Source: Marsupella aquatica (Eukaryota > Plantae > Marchantiophyta). From it: a stretch of DNA of 64,000 nt. The stretch covers positions 20,781,292 through 20,845,291 of the forward strand of contig OZ316898.1 in the NCBI GenBank assembly GCA_973895155.1. The letters are read 5' to 3'. Within the stretch, counting starts at the first letter, position 1, and each line of letters begins with the position of its first letter. Both the position numbers and the translations under genes were made by a program. A model generated the notes under the pieces. It had not been told where the DNA came from, ran no database searches, and saw nothing but the letters and a program-made list of their open reading frames with translations. Below, piece after piece: positions 49,250 to 62,663 of the stretch.

Positions 49250-51007
49250 ATGGCGCAAGATGAGGGTGAGACTGAAGGTTCTCATAAGCACATGCGGTAT
49301 GACGTGGACGAGCTCTTGAGGTTGCAGCACGGCGCACTGGGGGAACACTTCAGCAGCTGGAGGAATGTTGGATGCATCATTTCAAGGAGTTGGGGCCACA
49401 AGTCGCGGATGAGCTCCAGTAGCTGCAGGCAGTTCCATAATACAGCCACTTCAAGCGGAGGACCAAGAACATTTGAGAGGCGGTTACGAAGCAATGCAAG
49501 ACGCGAGGCCTTAAAAGCAGTCTCCATGAACGCCTTGGGTACGTGTTTCGACCACTGCACCAGAATGCATAAATTGATTCAATTGACTTTCATTGTTGTA
49601 TCCTGACCAGCGGATGAGCTGAAATTACACAGGGTTTTAAGATGTTTAAAATTCTCACTAAGCCAGGAAGTTCTCTCAAAGGAATGAACAATTTGCAGAG
49701 GTATACTAAATTATCGTATTCTTGTGAACTTATTTACAAAGTGTTATGCGGTTCAATGCTCATGAAAGCATTAGGTGGATCGTCAGCTAGAAATTCTGTC
49801 GCATACCAATTAATGTGTTTCCGTACCATTTTGGAAATTTGTGGACATTGCATTGCCCTTGTCTCAAGTCCTAAGTCCTAAAGAAAGAGGTGAAACGGTC
49901 GTAGAGTGAGCGTCGTTTAAGGCGGTTAAAAAATTTCATCCAGCCTGCGTTACTATCATGACATGAAGACCAGTTGAAACCACTTAAGTACGTGCACCAA
50001 GCTGTTCAGACTCTATTGTCACTGCAGGGTTAGGAAATGATGAACATCAAGAAGATTCAAATTTTTTTAGAGGATTTGTTGGACGCAAGCTTACGTAGAG
50101 TCAATGAGAATATCGGTAGTCGAAGACACGGTTGAAAAGGTTCACAGAACTACGAGTCATTCTACGACGAAGACCTGCTTGTAGCGGAGAATTTTCTGCC
50201 CCAAGCTTTTGCCGTCTAAGTTGAACCTGATTTTAAATCGGGAGAGCCTGTGAATTGATGGAAATCCCTACGCCGCGTGAAGTAAGTCAGGCTTCCAACC
50301 ACAACTGGGGCCTTCGATTTCTCGAGCAGGCATCTTTCTAGAATTCACGTAGGTTCCCTCCATGTGCTGGTCTTCATCTGTCTACGGACTTGTTCTGACT
50401 GAAGTCGAAATGCTTGTCACTTGTCCTGAAGTCGCTATGCTTGTCATGCGCTTGTCTATCTGTCAGGTATGCCTATTGGCAATTTCTAAGACTTTTGATG
50501 TCTATGATTGATAACTTCGATCACCAGATTCATAGCTGCACGGTGTCCGAACGTGGTGGTGTCAGAGATCGATCCAGCAAAGTTGGTATCAGGGCAGACA
50601 CCGTACATGCCAGAACGGCAAGAAATTCCGGAGTGTCCCGTGGAAGTGCGTCCGTCGAAGGGGTGGGAGACACAATTTGTAGTGGATTTCTGAGTGCTGA
50701 GGATAGTGCGTTGTTTGTTCGGTCCACCAAATCGAGTCATATCTTTCCTTCTTTCCACAGGTTTTTCTCTGTTTCCTACCTGCACATGTTGCTGATTCGG
50801 TGATTTTGAATGACGCCCAATAAATTCCTGCATTCTGCGCAGGCTCTGTCCAATACACGTGCCCGACCTACAGAGAAAATTCCCACTCTACGGAATAAAG
50901 CAGCTTGGGAGATGTGGTGTTTGGGATCTACTATAGCAATGCGGAGTCCAAAGAACTGGGTACAGTCACAACAAACGAAGCAGAACCTCGGAACGAAGAA
51001 AGTGTAA
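49250..51007 (+). pseudogene. GEMIN2: Gemin2 (SIP1, SMN-interacting protein)-like pseudogene retaining introns
   Basis: Exon-like segments: YDVDELLRL...W; LPQAFAV*VEPDFKSGEPVN*WKSLRRVK|gt (to 50281); ag|RFIAARCPNVVVSEID...QTPYMP..PECP...WETQFVVDF*VLR (from 50528); IPTLRNKAAWEMWCLG (from 50843). At least three in-frame stops. Confidence 0.72.
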
Positions 51008-54000
51008 CTGAGGCTATAAAACGCCTCTACTGCCGTCGGTCGACCTAGTCGAAAGATCAGAACATTGGAATGATGCGAAAGCACTCATAGGGCCTTTCAT
51101 AGAACTGGTCGAGTCCCAAATTGAACCACTGTGCAATGCAGCATCAATAGAGTCAAGCTGCGTTATTGACCTCAGGTTGATCAGTGACTAAGTGCCTAAT
51201 CATGAGCCGGAGGATTTATTTTGTGTACTTAGGAAGTGCATTAGTTGTTAATACAGAGGTGGTTAAAGACGTGCAGCATAATAATTTTGCTGCGGTTTTC
51301 ATGCCAGGGTATGGCTACATTCAAGCCTATTTTCACACTCAAGAGTGGCGTACCAATCATTGTACCAACTGTTTACAGATCTGAAATAAAAATATCAGTT
51401 ACTTCGTGAGGCTTCTGGCAGTTATCACGTTGTCTGAGTCTCCAATTCGCTGAATTGATTTTGCTGAGCATTTAGTCTGTTTTTGGGTCGTAGGTTTCAT
51501 TGTAAGTTGTTAGCACTGTTGCCTCAAACGGTCACTGTTCACCTTGACTAAATTATGCAGAAGAAAATTGGCCCGAATTGCCTAGGTTGTGTTTTTCAAT
51601 TGCAATGGGATGCCAAGTTTTGATGGCACTTTCCTTGAAGCGCTTGAATAATGAACAGAAACAGGATAAGGCCGAAAATGGCTGGGAAGGAAACGTACCT
51701 TTAGTACATTATGTAGTGATTATGTAGTGATGTGAGAACGGAACAAGATTGATTTCCTTCCCTTAACTTGCAGGGCTGCATCCATATCTCCCAGGCTTGT
51801 ATTAAAGCACTGGAGGACTCTCTGCGGAGGTGTCGACTCAAAAGACTGTGAACGGGATCAGCCCATGTCATCATGACATACAAATCTTATGCTGAATTAA
51901 AGACTTTAGATCCAAGCGGATTCTCTGGAGGAAAGCTTCGCCAAGGGCTCTCCAGATTCACCCATTCAAGATGGGACCTCATGATAAATCGAAGACTTCA
52001 GATTTAAGCGAATTCGCTAGAGTAAAGATTTGTCAAGAGCTGTCTACAGGTGCACCCATTCAAGATGTGGACTCTCGAGTTCATCGCACTTCTGAGCCAT
52101 GCATTTCTTTCAATGAGACAAACAATGTTGCTGCTTTGCTCCATGGCGAGTCTCGATCATGAACTCTTATGAGCTTCTAACGAAGTTTGCTAGAAAGCAA
52201 GTTTCGTACGAGATGAACGGAGATGCTATGTAGTCATGTATCTTGGTTGCCCGTCAGGTGGGTCGGGATGCACAGAAGGGCCACTTTGCAGGTCAATCCC
52301 ACCTCCCGAATAACGGAGTGGTTGACCTCAAATTAAGCTGACAAACAACAAAGGGAAAAACAACCTGGGAAATTAGGCCCATTCACCAAATCATGATCTA
52401 AGGTCACCTACTCGCTGCCAGATCAAATCAGATTTTATTGCTCTCCATATTATCAGAACGATTTGCATATGTGTTTTAGTATGTTTCATTTTATAGCAAA
52501 ACCACAGCTCCTGTACTGTGGATGCCATTGCTACTTTGCCTCCCTAAACAAGAGAAAATAGCAGACTGGAGGGATCATCTCAAGGTGCTGCGTGTTCCCC
52601 CTCATATTAACGGACGGTGTTATAATTATGAACCCCCTGACAAGTCCTTTCCAAATTTCCTGGCTCCTCTTTGTGCCACATCATTGATTTCCACCAAACA
52701 TTCACGTTTGGGGTGTCACCAGCAAAAGCCATACGGTTGGTAAGAGTAAAAAACTTCACAGCAAAATAAACAAATGACAAATAACAAAGAGCAGGAGGGT
52801 AAAAAATGCAAAATTTGACAAAAATAAGTGACATAAATTTTTTTATTCATAAGGTGGAAATCAATATTGATTCACTGATACATCATTGTTTCAACCTTGA
52901 TACACTGATACATCAGTGTTTACATTGGTAAGTATAAAAGCTTTGGCAATCAGTGCATGGTGAATGTCTATTTGACAAGGCCTGCTGTGTTTCTAAGGCA
53001 GGGTAGAGGTTTTTGAATGAAAAAATTGACACTTTGCAAAGTGCTGCTTTCGTGAGATTTTTTTGCAAAGTGGTGCCTTTGTCCACTCAACATCATTCTA
53101 GTATACATCTTGAGTGGTCTCAAGGTCTGTAGGAGGGACTGCCAGCCTGCTCCTGAAGTGTGAATTCATCACAGCTGCAAGCATATTGTCCTTGTCATCT
53201 CCTAGGTTTCATCTTCATCCTCGTCTGCTCCATCATAGTTTCTTTGGGGGCCATTGGATTCAAGAGCCCTACTTAGTTTCAGGTGTTGTTGGAGCTTCTA
53301 GCTGAACTACCACTCTCATGCCTGCATATTGAATAACCAATTTCTTCAACCTCCTGGTCTTTTATTGTAGTTCAATAATCTGAATGCCATGTGTCCTTGA
53401 TCCTCTTCTGGATTGTAGAAGTTGCCCTCCAGATTTCCCCCTCACCAGGGGATCAGCCTGCTCATCTTCAACCAGCAAAGGTTGTTTCAATGCTAATGCT
53501 GTCTCAATGGAGGTATTTGCTTGATCAACCCCCAAAATGAAACTTGTTACTTGATCGACCCCCTGAGGTCTGTCAGCGGTCCAGATCTGAGATCGAAAGG
53601 TCCATCAACGGTCCAGATTGGGGAAAAGTATCAAGGGGGTTAATTAAGCAAACTTTTTTCTAGAAGGGGGTCTACTAAGCATATCTCTCGTCTCAATGTG
53701 CTTCTTCCATTTATTGTGATTTTTCTACTGTTTATCAGCAGAAAAGCACTTGTTACGAATTATGTGCAGTACAGTTCTCGTAAATCTTCATCATCTGTAT
53801 TTGCCAATATCTTCAATGGCATCATCAATGTTGAAATCAGGATGGATCTCCATAAGTGAAATGTGACGACAAAAGAGATACAGTAGTTGTTTTGAGGAAT
53901 TTGTATGGCTCTCAATTTAATAAATGCAACTGACTTCTAACCAGCTCTCAAACCAGGTCAGTTCCCAAACCAGGTAACCTCTTAGAGTAGCTTTCCCTGG

Positions 54001-54854
54001 TGGAGCAAAGGACTGGGTGCTTGTGCCCCTTAAGTACAATGCAAACTCTCTAACTGAAGTCTTAATGCTGATACTTCCAAACACCCAAACAATCACCTCT
54101 CTCCAATTTTGGTGGTGACAGTTGTTGGTGGATATCAAGAAGTCTCCAGACTCCTCAATTTCCAGTCCGGAAGAAGAGATTATTAGAAAGTACCATATCT
54201 TGCCAGCCAGGTGAGAAGAGTATTTGTACAGTAGCCAATATCACTGGTTCTTTTGTGACCAAGGTCTGAATGGATTTGCACAATGCTACTGTAGATCTCC
54301 CTTAGAAAGAACATTAGATCGGCTCTGCCAGTGTGATGTAATGTAATCCTCCTAGTATATGGTGCTACTATGAAATATTGTCCCTAGATTTTCTGGCCAA
54401 GGTGAAAATGATTGGAGAAGAATTACAAGAAAGTGTGTCAACAACTTGGATTCTCAAGCCCTTGCACATCAAGTGGAACAAGTGACATGATGTAATCCCC
54501 CATTACAAAATTATAGAATTTGAGACTTTTAATTTAGGAAAACAATCATTTCAAAAGCAAACCAAAAAAACAAAATTTTGTGACACTCCAAAATATTCGA
54601 AATAATGGAGAACTGTCTAGAATATCAAGTGTGGGCCTCTAGACATTAACTACTTTGTGGTGACAAACTAAGAGACAAAGAGAGAAAGAAGAATCTAATA
54701 TTATGTGAGATCCTGAGGTTGGAAATAAATTGTAGACCAGGGCCATAAGCAAATGCTACTGCTTTAGATAAAGCACTCAAGATAAGTTATGATATGAAAA
54801 TGACGCACGAAATTTGGAGGATTGTCTTTAATTGTACAAAGAGTTATTCAGGAA

Positions 54855-55122
54855 TCCAATTTCACTCACTTAATCCGTCCAAACAAGGATGGGGTCCACA
54901 AGTATTTGAGTCCAATTTCACTCACTCGTCGATAAACGATGGGGTCACACGTAATTGAGTTTTTCCATATCCAATTTCATTTATTTCTAATCCTTCCAAA
55001 CATATATAAAGGATGGGGTCCACAAGTAATAATGTTGTATCGTATCCAATGTCATTTGTCACTGACTTCTAATCCTTCCAAACTATATAAAGGCTGGGGT
55101 CCACAAGTAATTGAGTTTTCCT
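54855..55122. repeat. Imperfect tandem repeat, 4 units containing GATGGGGTCCACAAGTA
   Basis: Motif recurs near 54888, 54938, 55012 and 55092. Confidence 0.75.
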
Positions 55123-55549
55123 AAAGATTGCTTTTAAAAAACATGGGCTAGAAATTCAAACCAAGACCACGCCAGCTATATCAATATTACGGCAAGTTCA
55201 ATGTGTGGGTTGTACTTGTGATCGCCTTGTCCTTACAAACCCCCATGGGAAGCTCCTTCTACTCACAAATAGGAACAATGATGTTTTCAACAAAACAAAC
55301 CAAACATATTTGTTTGTGTTTAATGCAAGGCAAGAAAAAACAGTTATACCTGGTAATGGTTAAAAAGATCAAAAAACAGAATGATAAATTTTAGAACAAC
55401 AAACCATAAGGTAAAACAAAGTTACCATGTCTTGTCAGTGATATATCAGTGTTTTATATCAAAATGCTTGTATTTTTTCATTGTTTTTGAAAAACCCAAT
55501 CAAGAAATGTAAGTAGTTATGACCCCTTGAGCTCCACATTGTAAAACAA

Positions 55550-56160
55550 GATCATAAATCTTCTTTAGTACTTGATAAAATATGTCAATGTTAGATTCAC
55601 TATTTGGAAAGCTCTAGAACCTTTAGAAACTCATAACCTTTTTGGTACTTGATAACATCTCCCAGTGTCACACTTATTCAAAACCTAGAGAGAATTAGAA
55701 CCTCATGATATTCTTAGTACTTGACAAAATCTAGATATGTTAGGTTCATTGGACAGAGAAATTCAGAAACACATGATCTCTTTAGTACTTGACTAATATT
55801 TTCAATGTAACACACTAGAAAGCTAGAGATTGAAAAACTCATGATCTCCTTAATACTTGAAAATATTTTACATGAAATTTGTCAACATTGGACTCAATGT
55901 TCAAAATCTAGAAGAACTCATGAATTCATTATCTTTATAGAACTTGACCAAAAATTCTTAATGTCACACTCATTGGAAAGGCAAAGACTCAGCAAAGAAA
56001 TTCAAAAAACTCATTTGGAACTTGACAAGATTTGCCACTATGAGGCTCCTTGGAAACCTAGAGAAACTAATAAACTCAAGATTTCCTCAGTCCTTGACAA
56101 AATTTGCCAAGGTGATGCTCATTCAAAGCCACAAGGAATTCAAAAAATCATGATCTTGTT
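55550..56160. repeat. Degenerate ~70-bp tandem repeat (CTCATGATCT...GTACTTGACAAAAT)
   Basis: About 8-9 diverged units; the 55841-56218 ORF reads through them. Confidence 0.7.
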
Positions 56161-57624
56161 TCTCACTCATTTCTCAATGAAAGGTTTTTGTGCTAAACAC
56201 TTAGAAGAAGCATTTTAGGAAATCACAACATTGAGAATGAGTCTAACATTGGCAGATTTTTTTCATTACTAACAAGATCATGGGCCTTAACCCATTGAAT
56301 GGGTTGAGCAATGGACTCAAACTTCCAAATGACCTACTATAAAATGTTGAGAGGAATGCAAAAACAATCTAGAGATGATATTCCCCTATTGCAATGTTTG
56401 GGTTGGGTTTATATTTAGACAATGATTTGGAGGAAATATATATAATGAACTGCAACATGAAAAGGAAACAAGATTCGAGCTGATCTAGATAATTAGCTTC
56501 AATGATCATGATGGTACAAGCAATTCAAAATTAGGGGGAACCAGATGAGCACTAATACAAGATGCAAATTCCTTTATCTTCCAAGTTGCTCCATAGTCCC
56601 ACATGCTTTGTTCACATAATCATTGATAGTCACGTAGGACTCATGCAACAAGGCACATAACTTTGAAACAACACTTAAAAATATGTTCAAATATTTGTCT
56701 CTCATTGAATTTAAGAATTTATAGAAGGAGATGGGTGCACAAACTAATTATGGTCTGTGTGTGCATGCATAAAAGTTATCATTAAGAAAGTGTTGTTGGG
56801 ACAGAAATATTGTCCATGTTTTTATTTTTCTTCTTTTCTTCTCCTTTCCTCTTTTCCCCTTGTGAGCCATGACTGAGCCATGACACAGTTCTTGTTGCAA
56901 TTTGTTATTGTTGTTGTGTGGACGTTGTGGTGGTCTTGTTTTGCAAAGGAGAGGCATAGAGTCCTTGCCCCTCCAGGAGTCTGTTCCTCTTGCAGTTTCA
57001 CTGTCTCATTGTTGTCCTTTAAATCCCGGTGTACCTTGTACTTGCAATATTGGTACTGCGTGTGTACCTTAGTTTGTCTATGGGACTGTCCTAGCATAGT
57101 CATCAACTCTGTACTCACTGGGGTCTGTTCTCCTTTGCACTTTTTGTCCTACCCACTTCTCCCTTTCCTTCCCCACTCACCCCTCCCCCCCCCCTGGACC
57201 CCATGCTAATGAGCCTTTGCACACCTGCCCTGGTCCCTGGATGGTCTGCACCAGCCTCCCCCGATCGCTCTCGCAAGCTCATCCCACTATCCCAGTGCCC
57301 AGATCCCCTTGGGGACTATTTTGTGCGATTGGACAGATCCATATTAAATTTTCTGTGAATCCGATGGTCGGGAACTATTCCGGCCCAATGTCCATAGTAG
57401 TTATAGCTATGTTGTATAGTGCTGACATCATATATAACATACTGGTTACTGTTCCCGCCAAGTTCATTCTGAAATATGAAAAGTTGTGTCTAACTTTTTG
57501 GGGTTCAGTGTTCTGATGGGCCCTAAAATGATCCACTACTGAAGTCAAATTCTTGGAAATGCATGTATTGCAATTGACTCTCAGCTGGCAGGCAAACTGA
57601 CATTATGTCTTTTTTCCAGAAAAT

Positions 57625-59350
57625 TACTTGATGGGGCCCTCTAGCTAAAGATATTCCTTAAGAGCCCCTAACTTTTCAAATATACTTAATGGGGCCAAGG
57701 CCCCTTGTCCCTGTAACCCTTTCTCAGGACCTGTCATATTAGTTTTTCCATTTTTTAATTGTAACATACTGTACGACTTTATACCTCAGTCCACCAAATG
57801 TACTGTCTAGAAGCAATTCAATGCACTTTTGTTTGGAAATATGTATATAATTGATGTATGAGATAGTTAGCCCTTCTGACTCCCATATTCATTGCACATA
57901 TTCATTTGTTTCATGTTTTGAAATACTCCTACAAGTGAAATTGTACTTAAGGTACATAAGTTTTGCTCTTTTTAGTTATTTTCTCTCAATTGTTTGGAAT
58001 TACTAAAGTATTTCTCCAAAGCATAGTTTCACCTGAACTTTAGGAAGGTGAACCAATGGGTTTGGGTGCTATCCTGGTGCTATTTGGGTGTTATTTTTTA
58101 AAAGTTGTTTTTTGCAAATAAATCATGTGGGACTTAAACAATTCTTTGATACCATTTTTCCAAACATTTTTTGGAAATATTCACCTTAGACATGAGCATT
58201 TCCTTGGTGTCATTTTTGTAATATATTTTTTAGATATGAGCACCTAGGTAGAGTATTTCAGGCACTTAACGCAATGCCACTTAAACAACAATTGTTAGCT
58301 TAGTACACAAGGCATTGATTGAATTCACAAGGCATCAATTGAATCCATAAAAATGAGCATATATGATGCACATAGTAACAAATGTTAAAGTTGTTATATG
58401 ACCTTATAATTTTGAGCTCAATGTCCGTGCAACAAACACAAAATTAGCTATCAAAATCATATCGCAATTCACGTCTCTAGGCTTACTCAAAGTCCATTTA
58501 TGTGCAGGAGTAATTTTAAATGAATATGAGAATGAATATTTTGTACATACCTTGTATACTTATTTTAAACAAAAGTACATTGAAAATTGATTCTAAACAG
58601 TATATTTGATGAACTGACGTAGATAATTGTAAGGTCATGTTACAAATTGGAAAAACTAATATGACAGATCCTGAGAAATCGTTACAGGGATAAGGGGCCC
58701 CATTAAGTATATTTCAAAAGTTTGGGGCTTGTCAGGATATAACATGCTCATCATGCTTGAGTTTTTGTCTTGTAGTGATTTGAAAGTAAATAAAATATGA
58801 GAACATAACTAGAAAAATAAAATAATACAATTAACGTACCTGCCAAGAAAAGCATAGGGACCAATGAAAAGTACAATCAAGTTTTATGACACAAGGATGC
58901 TACTATGTGTGCTAACACAATGTCCTTATGAATGACAACACTCATTTCAATAAAAACCATAAACTTAGGAAAGAAAGACATGAAGGGAACTTAAGACACA
59001 ATCGGAATCATTTATCTTTGTTCATGTGGTGGAACCATTTCAACTCTAATAAATCACAAACATTAATATTTATAAGGAGGCTGCCAAAATAAGTTCAAAA
59101 TACTCTAGAATCCTAAAATTAAAGGGGTCCATAAATTAAATTAAAATGTAAACTAAAGGGGTCCATAAATTAATTAAAAATATATATGATACACATGCTG
59201 CCCCTTGATAAGGCACATTGAAATAAAAATACATGACACCAAAACTCTGAATAAAACAAAATCTGAAAGATGAATTCATCATATAGCAGGATAAATTTCC
59301 ATAAATTTCACCCCTCGGGAATATCTTTCATTAGAGGGGCCCATCAAGTA
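57625..59350. mobile_element. Non-autonomous foldback/MITE-like element with ~230-bp TIRs; right TIR interrupted by an insertion
   Basis: 57625-57850 is the reverse complement of 58553-58730 plus 59315-59350 (TACTTGATGGG..CCCTCTA versus TAGAGGGGCCCATCAAGTA). Confidence 0.7.
58736..59288 (-). mobile_element. ~550-bp dispersed repeat, copy 2, nested in the foldback TIR
   Basis: Inverted homolog of 40278-40837; CAGGATA occurs at both junctions. Confidence 0.6.
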
Positions 59351-59848
59351 TTTTGCTGCTTTTTTCTCTAAGTGTTTGTGAAAAGGATCTCTTGGAGTCC
59401 TGGGGTTTCAAACACTACAACTTACTCTTTTTCCTAACTCAGATGATGTACCACAATACCCATAGCCTGCAGAACAAAATAATGAACTCATTATGAGTGT
59501 TTATATCCATATCATGTGCCTTGGGTAGCAACCGGCAAAGAGATGCAGAATTGCAGATAGTCTGATAGTGTCATTAATGCAATTCCAGGGATCCTTTATT
59601 CCAGTTTTGTCCTGGGACCACAATCTAGCCATAAAACTAAACTGGCCCATAACATTTCGTAAGAACTTAATGTCATAACCCATTATCAAAATAGTACAAA
59701 CTCTAGGCCCAGACGAGTATTGTCAGTGAAGAATTATTATCAAAATAGTACAATCTCTAATCCGTCATATCCTTATTCTCAAAATCTTATCATCAAAATA
59801 GTACTAACTCTAGGCTCAAAATTTTATAACCTGTAGATATTAGTGTAG

Positions 59849-60016
59849 CTTATTACCCAGTAGCTTTGCGCTTTCTGAATGTGAGACAAGGATAACCCTA
59901 GTGCCGCCTTAATGAAGTGTCTAGAGTGTCTTATTACCCAGCAGCTTTGCGCTTTCTGAATGTGAGACAAAGATAACCCTAGTGCCGCCTTAATGAAGTG
60001 TAGTCTAGAGTGTCTT
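59849..60016. repeat. 81-bp tandem duplication
   Basis: Two near-identical copies starting CTTATTACCCAG at 59849 and 59930. Confidence 0.85.
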
Positions 60017-60915
60017 TCTGCAACTGAGCTACTTTTTCTCTAGCCTTTTTAATCGAAGTGTACGGTGTCTATATGCAACAATGCGGATGCATGGCATCAA
60101 GAGCTCCATCTTTTCCTTCAATGTGATGTCGGCCTGTCTTGTCCACTCTACCCTGTCTGGTCAGAGTGTAGCTGAATCGAATGGCCACGCCGCCTATGGG
60201 GTTTTCTTGAGGAACATCGATGTGTAAGGAATCAAATTCATGAAACTTTACTTTTACAAGAGACCTAATCTTAAACTGAATGAGAAGTTTGGTACACCTT
60301 TCAGAAATTTTGAATCCAAAACTTTCGAAACTCACTGTATCCATAATATAGCGCTGAACTTTTGGTGCTACTTTCAGAACAGTTTGAATTAGTGGATCAA
60401 CCTTACTCCAGTCAACATATGTCTAACCACAGAAGGGCCCATAGGGCACACATCTAAGTCTCTCAATGAGTATTTGTCTCATTTTCTCTCCTAAATTCCT
60501 CTCCTCCACGTTCTTAGACATGACTTTAATTTATCTCATGTCATGAATTCAGCTAACCCCATCTCAAAATGATTGACTCGTATGTCAATTGCACTACTCC
60601 CATCTCAACCCCAAACCTCAATTGAGCACTTTAAATCTCTTCACTTGCTGGACATAATCTTCTTCCCTTTCGTTGTCCACTGTATTTTGGGTGGCCTCAC
60701 ACTCAGCTTCATCTATTCTCCCTTCTTCCAGTTCTCCAAGGAAATTTATGCCTGGTTCCCTCTCCTTGCGCATCTCTCCTTGTGCATCTCTCAGTTTTCA
60801 GGGCTAACATTGAAGTCAATCACCTTCCTACAGAGCTTATCTTGATGTAATATATTAGAGCAATAGCTCCAGTAGCTCCACAGGCCAGGGAAAATGGCAT
60901 CAATCACCTCCTAGA

Positions 60916-61271
60916 TGTTAAACATTTACTCTTAGGTGTAGAGTTACAATTGCAGCCATAGTTAGGCTAAGTAACCATAGTCACAGACTTGGTTAGGTTA
61001 GCCATGCTGCATACTATATACGCAAGCAAGTGTTTGCTTGTGATAGGGACTTGGGCTCATTAATATGGAGTCCCTTGAGAGATAGGGAGAGCTTGTGTTT
61101 GGAGACTTGGTATGGCCGGCAGGCCTAGAGTGAAGTAAAACTCTAGTTTGTTACCTTGGACGTAGCCTCATCAAAGGTGAACCACAAATCTCTCTTCCGG
61201 TGTCGACTACTTGTTTGTTGGAGTGTCACATGTGCATGTCATTGCGGAGAGAGTTGCATCTTTGCTCAACA
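60916..61271 (+). mobile_element. Solo LTR (356 bp), copia-like
   Basis: TGTT...AACA ends with 5-bp TSD CTAGA (60911-60915 and 61272-61276); internal GACGTAGCC...GGTGAACCAC motif common in copia LTRs. Confidence 0.85.
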
Positions 61272-62663
61272 CTAGAGTTATTGTCAGCCTGATAAAATCA
61301 GTGATATTTAAGCAACTACAATAGTTATAGTAGCTCCAACAATTCATATAGAAGCTCAAAACCAAGGAATATGCTCAAGGAATAGATTCAAATTGTATCA
61401 CATATTGAGTAGGAAAGATTGAGCCCCCATTGATGTCATAGTGGTTTCCAATACAACCATTTCTATATAGTTGGTCAAATTGATGTCTCTCCGCATTTGG
61501 ATCTGTATTTTTTACACCGATTCCACATATGCAGTTCCAAATGGAAAAAGCTTGAATGTATGCAAAATTCCCACAATATTGGTGTCGCACTAACAACCCA
61601 GGCCTTAATTCCGAGTTAACACTCTTTACGTGCTTACGTCCACCAGTAGGGGTGAGGTTTTGGGCAAGGAGGGGTGTAGTGGTGGGTTTTTACTCGTACC
61701 AGCCTAAGTCAGGTTACTACCATATATATGTATGTATATAGATATCATAGTTATGTTTACATTCCACTGCTTGAATGCACCCACATTTAGTGACTATGAC
61801 TGACTCTTGGCTTGGGGACTTCCAAGCCATTGCCAACAACACAAACTTGCGATGTATTCAGCATACATTTTCTTACAATCCCAACCATTAGTCTACACCC
61901 GATGCATCCCTTGAAATGGTGCCTTCGTTAAAGACAAGGTATACTCAATACACAGATTACTTGCAAAGATCAGAGGGGAAGGCTACGTTTACTCATAGAA
62001 AGAAGTTGACAAAGTTGACTCAACTTCTAAGCAACTAGCAGGCCTAATGGCAGTCAATGCCTAGTCTCCATGAGATCCTATCTCGCACTTGCCCTGCAAG
62101 CTCGACTCTAGCTCTCAGTGCTCAGTGCGCTCTAATCCTAGTACTCAGGTCGGGACTCCCCATGCGCCATGTAATCTTGCTTTACTGAACTAAACCAAAA
62201 ATTTAAGGGGGGTAATTTCATACTACTTGCCGAAGGGTCGGGGAAGACACTACCTCCCCTGCATAATCCCTGCCTAAGTACCTAACTGGTTGCGACCTTC
62301 AAAATTGGTGCAGTTGACCGTTAGCAAGCTGACTCAGTTGATTGTCACCATGCTGGCGTAGTTGATTACGACCCTAATCCCTAGAACTTATTGTCAATCA
62401 CTCATAACAGTCACGTTGATTGGCATCCTACCCTATGTTTGATGATCCTAACAGAGTTTCTTCCTAATCCTATCTACTGCATGTGCTGCTAATCGGCGCC
62501 TAATGGCAGCTGTCCTGCCGCAAAAGTTAGCCAAAAGATGCCATTGCCCTCCTATTGTACTTTGCAGCTGAGTCACCCCCCATCTCCAACCACCCCCCCC
62601 CCTTGCTATGTTTTCGGCCTTGGGTTTGTCCTCTTGTTGGGATAGGACCTCGAGCCACCTTGG

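Noticed and set aside
49295-49325. YDVDELL as a canonical eIF4E-binding motif (novel 4E-BP)
   Set aside because: It is better explained as the N-terminal motif of the plant Gemin2-like pseudogene.
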